Counted from the stretch's first letter, positions 7,157 to 17,967 are shown. The stretch: DNA of 29,405 bases from an uncultured Spirochaetales bacterium (GCA_964531405.1 CAZHHK010000028.1:1-29405); one strand, 5' to 3'. Translations and numbers: made by a program. Notes: a model not told the origin generated them from the sequence alone.

Positions 7157-8563
7157 ATGTTTTTTAAAAGAATATTTATTTTTTCGTTATTCATTATGTT
7201 TTTCTCGTATGGTTTATTTCCGCAGAATAAATCTACAATAAAATTAAATGGAGTATTTGAATCCTCAATGAATTTTATTCATTCAACTTTTTACGGTGAT
7301 GCAACCAATGATAGTCAGTTTAAGTGGGGCTGGATCAATAAGGCGAATTTGAGATTTAGAGCTGATATCAATGAATATGTTTCATTTGGATTTGCCTTCA
7401 ATATAAATACCTTAACAGGTTCATATAACGAATTTTATAAGTATTATTATCTTCTTGAAGCAGCATCATATACAACTTCTGTAATTGACCCTGATAATAT
7501 AAATACCGGATATTTCAGGCTGCCGTTTTATTATAAGAATACATATATAGGCTCTTTTGAGCTTGAAAGATTGTATTTAAAAGGAGGTAATTCCTATTTT
7601 AGCATAGAGTCTGGACTTATAAGGATTGCCAGAGGATATGGTTATTCTTTTAGTCCTACAGATTTATTTAATCCGGTTAACCCGCTTGATCCATCGTCAA
7701 ACGATCCGTCATCAAGACCAGATGGCAAGCTTGCTGTACTTGCAACTTTTTATCCATTGACGATCTGGAAAATCGAAAATTTTGTTATAGTTCCGGAAAA
7801 TCCGCTGGAGTCAAGAGGCTGGGATTTTAAATTTGGGCTGGCGACTAACTTTTATATTGATAAGTTTAATTTTGAATTTTTATATGCCCTGTTTATGCCT
7901 CAGATAGAGTACAAAAAAAATCCTGAAGACTTTAATCTGCCGCAATCTACGAACAATTTTTTTACTCATATTGCTGGTTTTAGTTTCAAGGCTGATATTG
8001 TGATAGGATTGTTTGTTGATATGATATACAGGTTTGAGCAGAAATCATTTTATTCCCATAAATATTATGGCAAGGATTTTAAAGGCTATGAAGGGCTTGA
8101 AGCCGCTATAGGTTTTGATTATACTTTTAACGGTGGCTGGGTCTATATACTTATGGAATACATGTTTTACGGCAGTGGTATGCTGGATTGGGGTGATAAA
8201 AGCCTCAATGAAATTTATGAAGAGACTGACTGGGAAAATATTAAACCGATTAAGAGGAGCTACAATCCTGAAAAAAAGGTGAATAATTTTTTGCGTCATG
8301 ATTACATTTTTGGAATGATTAAAGTTAAAGTGAATGATTATCTTAATCTCGGGACGAGTTATCTTTTTGGCGCCGATGATCAGTCGGCAATATTGACGTT
8401 ATTTGCAGAGATAGAGCCTCTTCAGGCATTTACTATAAATATAAGCGGTCTTTATCCATTTGACTGGAAAATGGTCAATAACAAATGGGAAGCAGGCGAG
8501 TTTGGTTATACTAATTTGGGATTCTTCCAGAATTATAAATTGACTGTAAAAATAAGATTTTAA
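7157..8563 (+). CDS. Putative outer-membrane beta-barrel protein (signal peptide, aromatic-rich alternating strands, C-terminal Phe)
   Basis: The signal peptide is MFFKRIFIFSLFIMFFSYGLFPQ. Throughout there are aromatic-rich segments of the kind seen in amphipathic beta-strands. It ends ...YKLTVKIRF, the OMP-type C-terminal aromatic. I prefer ATG 7157, which has 6-nt spacing from GAGGA, over 7151, where the Shine-Dalgarno abuts the ATG. Confidence 0.5.
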   Translation: MFFKRIFIFSLFIMFFSYGLFPQNKSTIKLNGVFESSMNFIHSTFYGDATNDSQFKWGWINKANLRFRADINEYVSFGFAFNINTLTGSYNEFYKYYYLLEAASYTTSVIDPDNINTGYFRLPFYYKNTYIGSFELERLYLKGGNSYFSIESGLIRIARGYGYSFSPTDLFNPVNPLDPSSNDPSSRPDGKLAVLATFYPLTIWKIENFVIVPENPLESRGWDFKFGLATNFYIDKFNFEFLYALFMPQIEYKKNPEDFNLPQSTNNFFTHIAGFSFKADIVIGLFVDMIYRFEQKSFYSHKYYGKDFKGYEGLEAAIGFDYTFNGGWVYILMEYMFYGSGMLDWGDKSLNEIYEETDWENIKPIKRSYNPEKKVNNFLRHDYIFGMIKVKVNDYLNLGTSYLFGADDQSAILTLFAEIEPLQAFTINISGLYPFDWKMVNNKWEAGEFGYTNLGFFQNYKLTVKIRF

Positions 8564-8590
8564 TTATAATCCTAAATCACCTGATGTATA

Positions 8591-9133
8591 TTAATAAACT
8601 ATTTTTTCTTTTAAATCATTACTTGCTTTTTTTGATGAAACTACTTCGATTATTTTTAACCCCATATCGATGGCTGTACCAACGCCACGGCTTGTTATTA
8701 ATTTACCGTCAACAACAACCTTATCATGTATAACTTTAGCGTCGTTAATGTTTTTTTCCTCTGACGGATAGCAGGTAATAGTCTTACCTTTTAAAATACC
8801 AGCCTTATCTAATACAATCGGAGCAGCACAGATTGCGGCAATATATTTATTTGCATGATAAAATTTTTTTACCAGTGTAAGGACTTTATCGTTGGCAGAT
8901 AAATTGGCGACTCCTCCTCCACCGCCGGGTAATAAAAGCATATCCGCTTCATCGAAGTTTTCTTTGTTTAAAGTTGAATCTGTTATAATCTTTATACCAT
9001 GCCCGCCTTCTACAATATTATCATCTGTTATAGATACGGTTTTAAGATTATAACCTGCCCTTCGTAATAGATCGATTAAAACTATTGCCTCAGTTTCCTC
9101 AAAGCCTTTTGCAATTAATACTTTTATGTTCAT
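8591..9133 (-). CDS. DJ-1/PfpI (ThiJ/YajL-like) family protein
   Basis: MNIKVLIAKGFEETEAIVLIDLLRRAGY...LLLPGGGGG...YIAAICAAPIVL places the nucleophile-elbow Cys in AICAAP. The likely start is ATG 9133, which has a GGAG upstream; the tracked ORF start at 9166 adds 11 aa. Confidence 0.85.
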   Translation of the reverse strand: MNIKVLIAKGFEETEAIVLIDLLRRAGYNLKTVSITDDNIVEGGHGIKIITDSTLNKENFDEADMLLLPGGGGGVANLSANDKVLTLVKKFYHANKYIAAICAAPIVLDKAGILKGKTITCYPSEEKNINDAKVIHDKVVVDGKLITSRGVGTAIDMGLKIIEVVSSKKASNDLKEKIVY

Positions 9134-9234
9134 AATATTTACTCCGTAAAAATCTTTTAAATCCATTATAACAGAGAATCATTAAAAATAAAACATTAGA
9201 TATTAGAATTTCAAAAAATATAAAAAAATATTTA

Positions 9235-10572
9235 TCAAGGTTCAAGTCTGTTTATATCTCTTGGGAATAAACTTGCCTCTTTAACATTGGAAAGATTGCA
9301 GAGCAATGAAGTCAATCTCTCAAGTCCCAAACCGAATCCTCCGTGAGGTGGCATACCGTATTTGAATGTCTGAAGATATGATTCAAAACACTCAACGTTC
9401 ATTCCTAATTTTTTCATTTTTGCCACATAATCTTCATATTTATGAAGGCGTTGACCGCCGGTCGTGATTTCCAGTCCTCTGAATAACAGATCAAACGATA
9501 AGGTTTTACTTGTATCACTAGGGTCTTCCATTGTATAAAACGGTCTTTTTTCAGTAGGAAAGTGTGTTGCAAAAACGAATTCCGTATTATAATTTTTTAA
9601 AGAATATTCACAGATCAACCTCTCCTCTTCAGGATGAAGGTCTTTTTCCCCCCTGTGATCCTTGCTGTATTCCTTAAAAATTATTTCATGGATTTCATCC
9701 AGTTTAAAAAGCAGTATCTTTTCAATTTTAGGTAAATTAATATTTAATAATTGGATTTCATTTTGACATTCTTCTTCAATTTTTTTAAATATCGATTGCA
9801 ATAAATTTACTTCAATCTGTATCAGATCTTCAAAACCATTGATAAATCCCATTTCGATATCCATCGAAATATATTCGTTAAGATGCCTTGAAGTGTCATG
9901 CTCTTCTGCTCTGAATACGGGACCAATCTCAAAAACTCTGCCGAATACACCTACCATCATTTGTTTATAAAACTGTGGTGATTGTGCAAGGAATGCCTTG
10001 CGGTTAAAATAATCAATTTTAAAAATATTTGCTCCACCCTCGGCTCCTGAGAAAACTATTTTTGGTGTATTTATTCGAGTAAAATTAATAGATTTTAAGA
10101 AATTTTCAAACTCATTGCATATAACTGAAGCTATCCTAAAGATTGCTCTATCATTAGGATGACGAAGGGTTAAAGGGCGCATGTTGAATTTTGTATCAAG
10201 TCCTACGTTCATTTCTTTTTTTGTTGTGTCAACCGGTAAAGGATTTATCGATGGAGATGATAAAATTTCTATATGATTTACATGCATTTCATAATTTCTT
10301 GGATTTAAAGATTTATCTTTAATATTAGCCTGTTTTACAATGCCTCTTACTTTGACTGCCGACTCTACCTGTAAACTTGCCAGATCTATATTTATATTTT
10401 TTGCATCGATTACGGTCTGGATCGTATAGCAGGGTGTCCTTAATATGAGGAAAGCACCCCAGCCTAAAACCCTTAAATTTTGTATCATGCCACTTACTAT
10501 AATTTCTTTATTTTCATTCTGGCTGAAATCGATAATCGAATTAAGATTGCTTTGTATTTTTATTTCCGTCAT
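9235..10572 (-). CDS. aspS: Aspartyl-tRNA synthetase, archaeal/eukaryal type (class IIb; possibly non-discriminating)
   Basis: Class II motifs are present: QSPQFYKQ; motif 2 [24 protein letters not shown], which matches the archaeal-type AspRS pattern FRAEEHNT.RHLNE..S.D.EM rather than the AsnRS pattern FRAE.S.T.RHL.EFwMlE; and motif 3 [10 protein letters not shown]. The 445-aa length fits type-2 AspRS. Confidence 0.75.
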   Translation of the reverse strand: MTEIKIQSNLNSIIDFSQNENKEIIVSGMIQNLRVLGWGAFLILRTPCYTIQTVIDAKNINIDLASLQVESAVKVRGIVKQANIKDKSLNPRNYEMHVNHIEILSSPSINPLPVDTTKKEMNVGLDTKFNMRPLTLRHPNDRAIFRIASVICNEFENFLKSINFTRINTPKIVFSGAEGGANIFKIDYFNRKAFLAQSPQFYKQMMVGVFGRVFEIGPVFRAEEHDTSRHLNEYISMDIEMGFINGFEDLIQIEVNLLQSIFKKIEEECQNEIQLLNINLPKIEKILLFKLDEIHEIIFKEYSKDHRGEKDLHPEEERLICEYSLKNYNTEFVFATHFPTEKRPFYTMEDPSDTSKTLSFDLLFRGLEITTGGQRLHKYEDYVAKMKKLGMNVECFESYLQTFKYGMPPHGGFGLGLERLTSLLCNLSNVKEASLFPRDINRLEP

Positions 10573-10657
10573 TATTAAACCCTTGATATTAAAATTTGAT
10601 GTAATATAAAATATTAATAATCGATTTGCAAGTGATTAATTAAATTGATAAATCTGT

Positions 10658-13216
10658 TTATTTTATTTTCATAATAAATTCACAAAAAGCGCCGTTTTGA
10701 TTTGTTAAATTGAGAGAGCCATTTAACTGCTTTGAGAGCAAGTTTAGCAACTGCATACCAAATCCTTCGGATTTGTTATTCAAAACGCTTTCAGGGAATC
10801 CTCTACCATTATCCGAAATATTGATTACAAGGTATTCATGATTTTTTTTATTTATAGATATATTAATTTTATTGTCCTTATTTTCCCTGTCATTCATAAA
10901 AGCATATTTAAAAGCATTTGTAACAAGTTCATTTACTATCATCCCCAGCGGAAAGGAAATTTTTCTTTCGATTGCTAAATCATCTATATTAAATTCTATC
11001 TCTGCATTACTTAATGATTTATAAAGATATTTAATATTTAGCACAAGATCTGTGATATATTTTTTTATGAAAACAACGTTAAAATCTTTTCTTTTATAAA
11101 GATCATTGTAAATATTTTCCATTACATTTATTCTGGATTGAGATTCCATAAGAACATTTTTAACTACTGGATCATCAATCATGGCAGATTGTATGGCAAG
11201 CATAGAACTTATTATTCTCATATCATTTTTTATTCGATGATGCACCTCATTAAGCAGTATATCATGTTGATTTAACAGATTTTTAACCTCCTGCTCGGCT
11301 TTTTTTTTATCTGTAATATCTATACTTACGACATTAATCCTTGTCATCCCATTTGAATTTGTATAAGTGTTTGAAAAACATTTAAGCCAATGCCAGTTGC
11401 CAGATTTATCCTTAAACTGCCATTCATTTATCTGTTGTTTTTCTTCTTTTAAACTGGATTCCAGTCTTACTTTTGCAACTTCATGCTGCGATGGGTGTCC
11501 TATTTCAAAAGCCTTATGTCCTATTAAATCTTCAGGGTTATAGCCCAGTACATTTTTATATGCGGCATTTACGTATAAAAAAGTACCTTCACTGTCGATT
11601 TCACAGATTAATACACCGCTTTTTTCTGCAAGATCCTTGTATTTTTCAACATTTTCCCTGAGAGATTCTTCCATGACTTTACGTTCTGTTATATCCGGGA
11701 ATACTATATATGCTGCTATTATATCTCCATTAATGTTTTTAATAGGAAAAGCGCTTACAAGCTCCCATCTAATCGTACCGTCTTTTCGCTTAATATAATA
11801 CTCTACTTCCTTTGTCTCTATGCCCTGTATTGCAAGTGCAAGGGGCATTTCTTCTATTTTTTTTGGATTGCCATTTTTATCAAAATCCTGCCATGTCTGG
11901 ACAAATTCAAATAAGGATTTACCAAGACTATCAGGCTCATCCAATACTCCCAAAAACTCACGACTAGCATAATTTGCTAGCCGTATAATATTATCAGGGA
12001 CACTTACTAAAACCATCGGTATGTTTGTCTGATTGAATGCCGCTTCCAGCATAGCCTTGGTATTGGCGAGATCTTCCTCAATTTTTTTTCTCTCGGTAAT
12101 ATCCTCTATCATTGCAATATAATATAATACATTGTTGTCTGCATCTCTTATTGCAGAAGTCATCAAATTGCCCCAGAGGATGTCACCGTTTTTCTTCTTA
12201 TATTTTTTCTCTGTTTTATAAACGGATTTTTCTCCTCTTTTAATTGCATCAACATTTGTAATATCAATATTCACATTATCAGGATGAGTAATATCCTTAA
12301 AAGTTAATTCTTTTAACTCGTTTAGTGTATATCCAAGCATCCTGCAAAATGCAGGATTGGCTTCTATGAATTTAAAATTCGTATTGGAAATAGCCAAACC
12401 AAATTGCCCTTCTTCAAAAATTCTTCTAAAGCGTTCCTCGCTTTCTTTTAATGCTTCCTGTATTTTTTTTTGCTCCGTTATATCTCGTCCTACAGTCTGG
12501 ATTTCTATTAACTTGCCGTTATGATCGAAAATTCCCTGATTAATAAATTGAAACCATCTTGTCTTTCGGGATGCAATTATTATTTGATTTTCAATTATTG
12601 CTATCGGATTTTCCCGGGAAATAGTTTCTAATTTTGATTCTATATTTAATATATCATCTGTGAATCCAATTTTCTGCCATTGCTTACCTATTATCTCATC
12701 ACAGCTCTTACCTATAATCCTGCAGAATACATCATTTGCAAAAAGAATTGTCCCATCGGGAAGAAAACGACAAATGATTTCAGTTTGGTTTTCAACAAGT
12801 GTTCTGTACTTTTCTTCTCTGTCTTTTAATCGCTGATTTGCTTCGAATAATTCATAAGCCATGTTTATAGACTCAATGATTACGAATTCTCCGGAATTTT
12901 TTAAAACATATCCGTAACGGGTTATGCCTTTAACTTTATCTACCATTTCTTTTTCACTGTGAGATGTTAAAAATATGATTGGAATTTCTTTTATCTTTAA
13001 TATTTCGACTGCTGCTTCGGTACCGTCAATGCCTTCGCCAAGATTGATATCCATCATAATAAGTGATATATCAGGATTATTTTTTATTGATTCAATGGCA
13101 TCAAGTCCAGTTCCTACGGCAATAGCCTTGAATCCGGCTTCTGTTATTACCTTAATCTCTAAAACTGAAATCATTGGATCATCTTCAACTATCAAAATGG
13201 TTTTTTTGCTATTCAT
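10658..13216 (-). CDS. Hybrid sensor kinase: N-terminal REC, about four PAS/PAC domains, HisKA_2 (HWE-like) H-box, HATPase_c_2
   Basis: The REC domain is KKTILIVEDD...SLIMMDINLGEGIDG...IFLTSHSE...YVLKN. Repeated PAS hallmarks follow, with DITERK/DITEQK PAC ends. The H-box EVHHRIKNDMRIISSMLAIQS is the HisKA_2 type. The ATPase carries NELVTNAFKYAF, ISDNGRGFP and GFGMQLL. The likely start is ATG 13216 (MNSKK...) rather than 13267. Confidence 0.85.
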   Translation of the reverse strand: MNSKKTILIVEDDPMISVLEIKVITEAGFKAIAVGTGLDAIESIKNNPDISLIMMDINLGEGIDGTEAAVEILKIKEIPIIFLTSHSEKEMVDKVKGITRYGYVLKNSGEFVIIESINMAYELFEANQRLKDREEKYRTLVENQTEIICRFLPDGTILFANDVFCRIIGKSCDEIIGKQWQKIGFTDDILNIESKLETISRENPIAIIENQIIIASRKTRWFQFINQGIFDHNGKLIEIQTVGRDITEQKKIQEALKESEERFRRIFEEGQFGLAISNTNFKFIEANPAFCRMLGYTLNELKELTFKDITHPDNVNIDITNVDAIKRGEKSVYKTEKKYKKKNGDILWGNLMTSAIRDADNNVLYYIAMIEDITERKKIEEDLANTKAMLEAAFNQTNIPMVLVSVPDNIIRLANYASREFLGVLDEPDSLGKSLFEFVQTWQDFDKNGNPKKIEEMPLALAIQGIETKEVEYYIKRKDGTIRWELVSAFPIKNINGDIIAAYIVFPDITERKVMEESLRENVEKYKDLAEKSGVLICEIDSEGTFLYVNAAYKNVLGYNPEDLIGHKAFEIGHPSQHEVAKVRLESSLKEEKQQINEWQFKDKSGNWHWLKCFSNTYTNSNGMTRINVVSIDITDKKKAEQEVKNLLNQHDILLNEVHHRIKNDMRIISSMLAIQSAMIDDPVVKNVLMESQSRINVMENIYNDLYKRKDFNVVFIKKYITDLVLNIKYLYKSLSNAEIEFNIDDLAIERKISFPLGMIVNELVTNAFKYAFMNDRENKDNKINISINKKNHEYLVINISDNGRGFPESVLNNKSEGFGMQLLNLLSKQLNGSLNLTNQNGAFCEFIMKIK

Positions 13217-13357
13217 GAATTTTCCTGATGATAATGAAATTATAATTTTTAGATTATCATTTATCAAGAAAATTATAATAATTTAGAAAAATTTTAATTT
13301 ATCTTCTTTGCGACTGGCCATCTATACTTTGATAAAAAAATATTTAAAGTTTAGTTG

Positions 13358-13804
13358 TCAACAAACTGGAGGCTGATTTAAAAGTAGCCAATATAATCCA
13401 ATATCGTTTATTGCTTTGATAAATTTATCAAAATCGACAGGTTTTACAATATAACTGTTAACGCCGAGTTTGTAACTTTCTATAATATCTTTTTCTTCTT
13501 TTGATGTGGTTAGCACTACAACAGGAATTAATTTTGTTACCGGATCGCTTTTTACTGATCTTAAAATTTCTAGTCCATCCACTTTAGGAAGCTTTAAATC
13601 AAGAAGAATAATTTTTGGATTAATCTTATTCCTATCTTTATATTTATTACGTGCAAATAAAAAATCCATTGCTTCCTCGCCATCATCAATATGAATGATT
13701 TTATTAGACAGATTGTTTCTTTTAAAAGCTCGCATTGTTAGCTCTGCATCGTTAGGATTATCCTCAATTAAAAGTATTTCTACTACTTCATTAAAGCTAT
13801 TCAT
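13358..13804 (-). CDS. Single-domain response regulator (CheY/Rcp1-like receiver only)
   Basis: The 148-aa sequence [13 protein letters not shown]...DGEEAMDFL...[19 protein letters not shown]...[11 protein letters not shown]...YIVKP has all the receiver hallmarks (DD pocket, acceptor D, T, K) and no output domain. Its start lies 2 nt after the upstream kinase stop. Confidence 0.9.
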   Translation of the reverse strand: MNSFNEVVEILLIEDNPNDAELTMRAFKRNNLSNKIIHIDDGEEAMDFLFARNKYKDRNKINPKIILLDLKLPKVDGLEILRSVKSDPVTKLIPVVVLTTSKEEKDIIESYKLGVNSYIVKPVDFDKFIKAINDIGLYWLLLNQPPVC

Positions 13805-13806
13805 AG

Positions 13807-16392
13807 TTATTCTCCTCCTGTTTTTGGTAATGAAAAATAAAATGTTGCCCCCTCGTTTACTTTGCCTTCAGCCCATACTTTGCCATTATGACGATTTATT
13901 ATTCTTTTTACTATTGCCAATCCTATACCGCTACCTTCAAATTCTTTTGGACTGTGAAGTCTTTGGAATACCCCAAAAAGTTTGTGAGCATACTCCTTGC
14001 TAAATCCTGTACCAGTATCTTTAACATAATAAATATTGTTGTCATTTTCTGTATATCCGTGAATATAAATTTTTCTGATTTTTGACTTTGATGTATATTT
14101 TATTGCATTTGATATGAGATTGCTCCATACTTGATGAATAAGAGTAGGATCACCATAAGCATCGGGCAATGTATCTATTAAAAACTCAATATTATCGATA
14201 TTTTCCAATGAAATAACTTCATGATATATAGAATTAGCCATCTTGGACATATCGATTAGTGAAGGTTTTAACTCTATCCTTGATACTCTGGATAATGACA
14301 ATAAATCCATGATCAATTGATCCATCTTTTGTGCATTTGTTCGTATGATATTAATTAATCTTACACCTTCACTATCAAGCTTTTTTTCATAATCATCAAG
14401 CAAAAATTTGGAAAAACCATCTATTGCTCTTAAAGGTGCCCTTAGATCATGGGATACGGAATACGCAAAAGCTTCAAGCTCCCTGTTGGAATTTTCAAGC
14501 TGCTGTGTCCTCTCTTTGATTCTTTGTTCTAGTTCATTAAATAATTGTACATTTTGGATTGCAATGGCTGTTGTATCGGCAAGGGACTGGATTAATTCCA
14601 AATTATTATTAGATATTTCATAGTAATTTTTCCAGTAGACACCGATAGCTCCAATCGGATCATCGGTTTTAATCGGCACCATTGCTAGACTCTTGACAAA
14701 GGTTGGTTTATATAAATTTAGTCGAATGCGTGAATCCTTGAATATATCAGGTATGATAACAGTCTGCTTATGACGGATAACCCAGCCGCTTATGCATTCA
14801 TCCAGAGGGAATCTTTGTCCCTTAAAGAGAGGTTTTATTGCATCTTCATCCGCATAGTAGCACATATCTCCATCACGAAGTACGAAAGCCGCACCATCGG
14901 CTTCAACGATTTTTCTTGCCGAAGATTTGACTATACTCATAATATCTTCAAGATTATGAACCAGCGATAATCCCTGGATTGCGGAAACAAGATCCGTCAG
15001 ACGTTTATTTAAAATTTTAATCTCTTCTTCCTGTAATTTTTGTTTGGTAATATCAAGATGTGACCCTAGCATTCTTATCGGTTTATTGTTTTCATCATTT
15101 ATTATGGAGCCTTTGGCAAGGATCCATAAATAATATCCATCCTTATGTTTAAATCTGTAGGTTTGTTCATAATTTTTTTGAGACTGTTTTATAAATATAT
15201 CTATTGCAGTAATTACATTTTCAAAATCATCCGGATGAATTCTATTATGCCATTCAGAAATATCATCGGTGATTTCTGATTCTTCATATCCTATCTGTTT
15301 TTTCCACTCTGTTGAAAAATAAATTTTATTTGTCTTAAGATCCCAGTCCCATAAACCTGTATTTGAGGCACGTATAGATGCTTCAAGTTGGAGTTTACTC
15401 TCTTTAAGGAAAACTCTTTGATAACGGTTAAAGATTGAAATAATTAATAGAAGAGACAGCATCATTAAAATGAGGCATGTTATTGTAATAAAAATAGCTC
15501 TATAATATAGCTCAGAAAATATCTCGCTTTTATCCACTTTGGTAACCATAATCCATGAAGTCTCTGGTATAGGATGTATATCGCTTAGGACATCAACGCC
15601 GCGGTAATCATTGCCCTCAAATATGCCCTGATACCCCAGTGCAGCCTGTACTGCAGGAATTTCTTTTTTTGAGAGAGGTATTCTTAACGATAAGGTTGTA
15701 TTTTTACGATGACGCAGTTCATTTAAAAAAATGACATAATCACCATCTTTTCTTACTATTAATGTTTCAGCAGTTTTACTCACCGTAGGCCATGATTGTA
15801 TAAGAGGATAAAGATAATTATATGGATTTATGCGCATTATTAACACAGTAAAGACAATCCCTTTATCATTTATAAAAGGAATAATGACATCGATATGTAT
15901 CTTATGATGGATTTCGCAATAATAAAAATCTGTAAATATTTCTTTTCTTTCGATAACTGATTTATTTATATATGCTTTTGTTGAAAAATCAACTTTTAAA
16001 AAAGTATTATCAAGAGAAAAAAATAATTCTCCTGAGGGTGATGAAAGAAGAATATTTTCGTAGTCAAAACTTGCCTTAAATGATTCAAGCCTCTTTTTTA
16101 TTCTATTTAACAAAAAAGCATTATTCTTGTTTGACAGCCATTGTTCTGTTGCTTCTACAAAGAAAGGACTAGCCGCAAGAACATAAACGTTGCCAAGTCT
16201 TTCTTTTCGCCATTTTGTTAATTGCTCGATCTTTAATGCAGATATCGCTTTAAGCTCTTTGTATTTTTCTTTGCGTATAACATGTTCTTCATATTTATAA
16301 TAAAGATAACCGCATGCTATAACAACAATACTTGTCAATAATACCAAGAAAATAAAAGGAAATCTTTTTGGAGTATTAATATTGTTTTTCAT
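13807..16392 (-). CDS. Membrane sensor histidine kinase: TM, about 270-aa periplasmic Cache-like domain, TM, PAS, GAF, HisKA, HATPase_c
   Basis: The two TM helices are [22 protein letters not shown] and [30 protein letters not shown] region (...LDITKQK) and a GAF region ([18 protein letters not shown]...) follow. The H-box is [19 protein letters not shown], the N-box [13 protein letters not shown]1 DTGTGF and G2 [13 protein letters not shown]. Confidence 0.85.
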   Translation of the reverse strand: MKNNINTPKRFPFIFLVLLTSIVVIACGYLYYKYEEHVIRKEKYKELKAISALKIEQLTKWRKERLGNVYVLAASPFFVEATEQWLSNKNNAFLLNRIKKRLESFKASFDYENILLSSPSGELFFSLDNTFLKVDFSTKAYINKSVIERKEIFTDFYYCEIHHKIHIDVIIPFINDKGIVFTVLIMRINPYNYLYPLIQSWPTVSKTAETLIVRKDGDYVIFLNELRHRKNTTLSLRIPLSKKEIPAVQAALGYQGIFEGNDYRGVDVLSDIHPIPETSWIMVTKVDKSEIFSELYYRAIFITITCLILMMLSLLLIISIFNRYQRVFLKESKLQLEASIRASNTGLWDWDLKTNKIYFSTEWKKQIGYEESEITDDISEWHNRIHPDDFENVITAIDIFIKQSQKNYEQTYRFKHKDGYYLWILAKGSIINDENNKPIRMLGSHLDITKQKLQEEEIKILNKRLTDLVSAIQGLSLVHNLEDIMSIVKSSARKIVEADGAAFVLRDGDMCYYADEDAIKPLFKGQRFPLDECISGWVIRHKQTVIIPDIFKDSRIRLNLYKPTFVKSLAMVPIKTDDPIGAIGVYWKNYYEISNNNLELIQSLADTTAIAIQNVQLFNELEQRIKERTQQLENSNRELEAFAYSVSHDLRAPLRAIDGFSKFLLDDYEKKLDSEGVRLINIIRTNAQKMDQLIMDLLSLSRVSRIELKPSLIDMSKMANSIYHEVISLENIDNIEFLIDTLPDAYGDPTLIHQVWSNLISNAIKYTSKSKIRKIYIHGYTENDNNIYYVKDTGTGFSKEYAHKLFGVFQRLHSPKEFEGSGIGLAIVKRIINRHNGKVWAEGKVNEGATFYFSLPKTGGE

Positions 16393-16620
16393 TACTTTTT
16401 CTCTTTCATTTCATCCGCAGATACTTAAAACTTTTTTTAATAAACACGCGGTTAAATCATATTTTAATAATACTCTTCCTTAAAGATAATTATACTTTAA
16501 GTTATCTGAATAAATCAATGAATTTTTTTAATATCAAAGAAAAAATAAAAATTCGGCTAAAATGTTCATAATATTTTTTAAAAATTGAAGATTGTTTGTT
16601 GTTTTTAGATTTTTAATTTA

Positions 16621-17967
16621 TCAAAATGCAATACTTTTAACTATATTTTCAGCAAAGTCTTTCATTGTTTCCAAAGACTCTTGACTCAATTTATTTTTTT
16701 TATCTTTTTTCTTTAAGGGCTTGCCTCTTTCATTAAATACGGGTCTATCTATTAATCCAAAATTAGCTGCCATGGGCTGATAATTTTTACTTGGAGTTAA
16801 TGTGTATTTCTGTAAAGCGCCTATTAAAGTATTTTCAGGAAATAAAATATCAATTTTATTATTCAGTTTTGCCCATAATGCATAAGCAGTAAAAAAACCA
16901 GATGCGGCAGATTCGATATAGCCCTCAACCCCTGTAATCTGACCAGCAAAATATATATTGGGATAATTTTTCAATGAATAAGTCTTGTAATCAGCAAGAG
17001 ACGGGTAATTTATAAAAGTATTTTTATGCATCACACCGTATTTATAAAATTCGGCATTTTCAAGTCCCGGGATCATCCTGAAAACCCGTTTTTGTTCGTC
17101 AAATTTCATTCTCGTCTGAAAGCCTACGAGGTTATACATTGATTTACTGATATTCTCCTGCCGCATCTGCACCACTGCATAGGGCATTTTCCCTGTTTTT
17201 GGATCGATTAGTCCCACCGGCTTCATTGGTCCAAATGACAGGGTGTCAACTCCTCTTGCTGCAATATCCTCAACAGGCATACATCCTTCGAATATTTTAT
17301 TAGTTTCAAAATCTTTTGGTATAATTTTCTCGGCTTTAATTATTTCGTCAACAAAGTTTAAATATTCCTCTTTTGTAAAAGGAGCATTAAGATAATCAGC
17401 GCCACCCTTACAGTACCTTGACTGAAAAAAAACTCTGTTGTAATCGATCGTTGACGCATCTACGATAGGCGCAGCAGCATCAAAAAAAAATAGCGAATCA
17501 CTCCCTGTTAGACTCTTAATGCATTCATGCATCAAATCTGATGTCATTGGACCGGTAGCAATAATTAAATTTTTATTCTTGTTATCTTTCCATTCATCAA
17601 GCGAGATTATTTCTTTGTTGATAATATTAATGTTTTTTTCATTTTTTATAGTTGAGGTTATATTTGAAGAAAATTTATCCCTGTCAACGCTAAGTGATTG
17701 CCCGGCTGGTACAGCGCATTTATATGCTTCCCGTATGATTAATGATCCGCAAATTTCAAGCTCTTTTTTTAAAAGACCATGCGCATTTGCCGTATCCATT
17801 GATTTAAAAGAATTAGAGCATACTAGCTCTGCAAAATCTCCTGTTTTATGCACCGGAGTCAATTTGTAGGGGCGCATTTCATAGAGATTTACCTTAAATC
17901 CCCTCAGAGATAAAAAATATGCGGCCTCAACTCCGGCAAAACCTGCACCGATTATATCGATCTGCAA
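16621..17967 (-). CDS. trmFO: Methylenetetrahydrofolate--tRNA-(uracil54-C5)-methyltransferase TrmFO (Gid)
   Basis: The N-terminus MQIDIIGAGFAGVEAAYFLSLRGFKVNLYEMRPYKLTPVHKT is near-identical in pattern to B. subtilis TrmFO. It has the FAD-binding GAGxAG motif, C-terminal FYFAGQITGVEGYIESAASG, and is 448 aa long. Confidence 0.9.
   Translation of the reverse strand: MQIDIIGAGFAGVEAAYFLSLRGFKVNLYEMRPYKLTPVHKTGDFAELVCSNSFKSMDTANAHGLLKKELEICGSLIIREAYKCAVPAGQSLSVDRDKFSSNITSTIKNEKNINIINKEIISLDEWKDNKNKNLIIATGPMTSDLMHECIKSLTGSDSLFFFDAAAPIVDASTIDYNRVFFQSRYCKGGADYLNAPFTKEEYLNFVDEIIKAEKIIPKDFETNKIFEGCMPVEDIAARGVDTLSFGPMKPVGLIDPKTGKMPYAVVQMRQENISKSMYNLVGFQTRMKFDEQKRVFRMIPGLENAEFYKYGVMHKNTFINYPSLADYKTYSLKNYPNIYFAGQITGVEGYIESAASGFFTAYALWAKLNNKIDILFPENTLIGALQKYTLTPSKNYQPMAANFGLIDRPVFNERGKPLKKKDKKNKLSQESLETMKDFAENIVKSIAF

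Noticed and set aside
8564-8590. Expected a bidirectional terminator between the convergent OMP and DJ-1 genes
   Set aside because: The gap is only 27 nt, with no stem-loop or T-run, so no terminator is called.
9235-10572. Asparaginyl-tRNA synthetase as an alternative call
   Set aside because: Motif 2 lacks the AsnRS-type FRAE(N/K)S...EFWMLE pattern and matches the archaeal AspRS pattern. This is kept as a caveat, not a separate call.
13333-13361. A minus-strand TTGACA overlapping the response-regulator stop, as a possible internal promoter for the downstream hybrid kinase
   Set aside because: No acceptable -10 hexamer lies at 16-19 bp spacing.
16479-16507. Interleaved short inverted repeats (CTTAAAG/CTTTAAG and AGATAA/TTATCT) upstream of the membrane kinase
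   Set aside because: Arms of 6-7 bp in a region with more than 80% A+T are expected by chance, and there is no second copy or promoter context.
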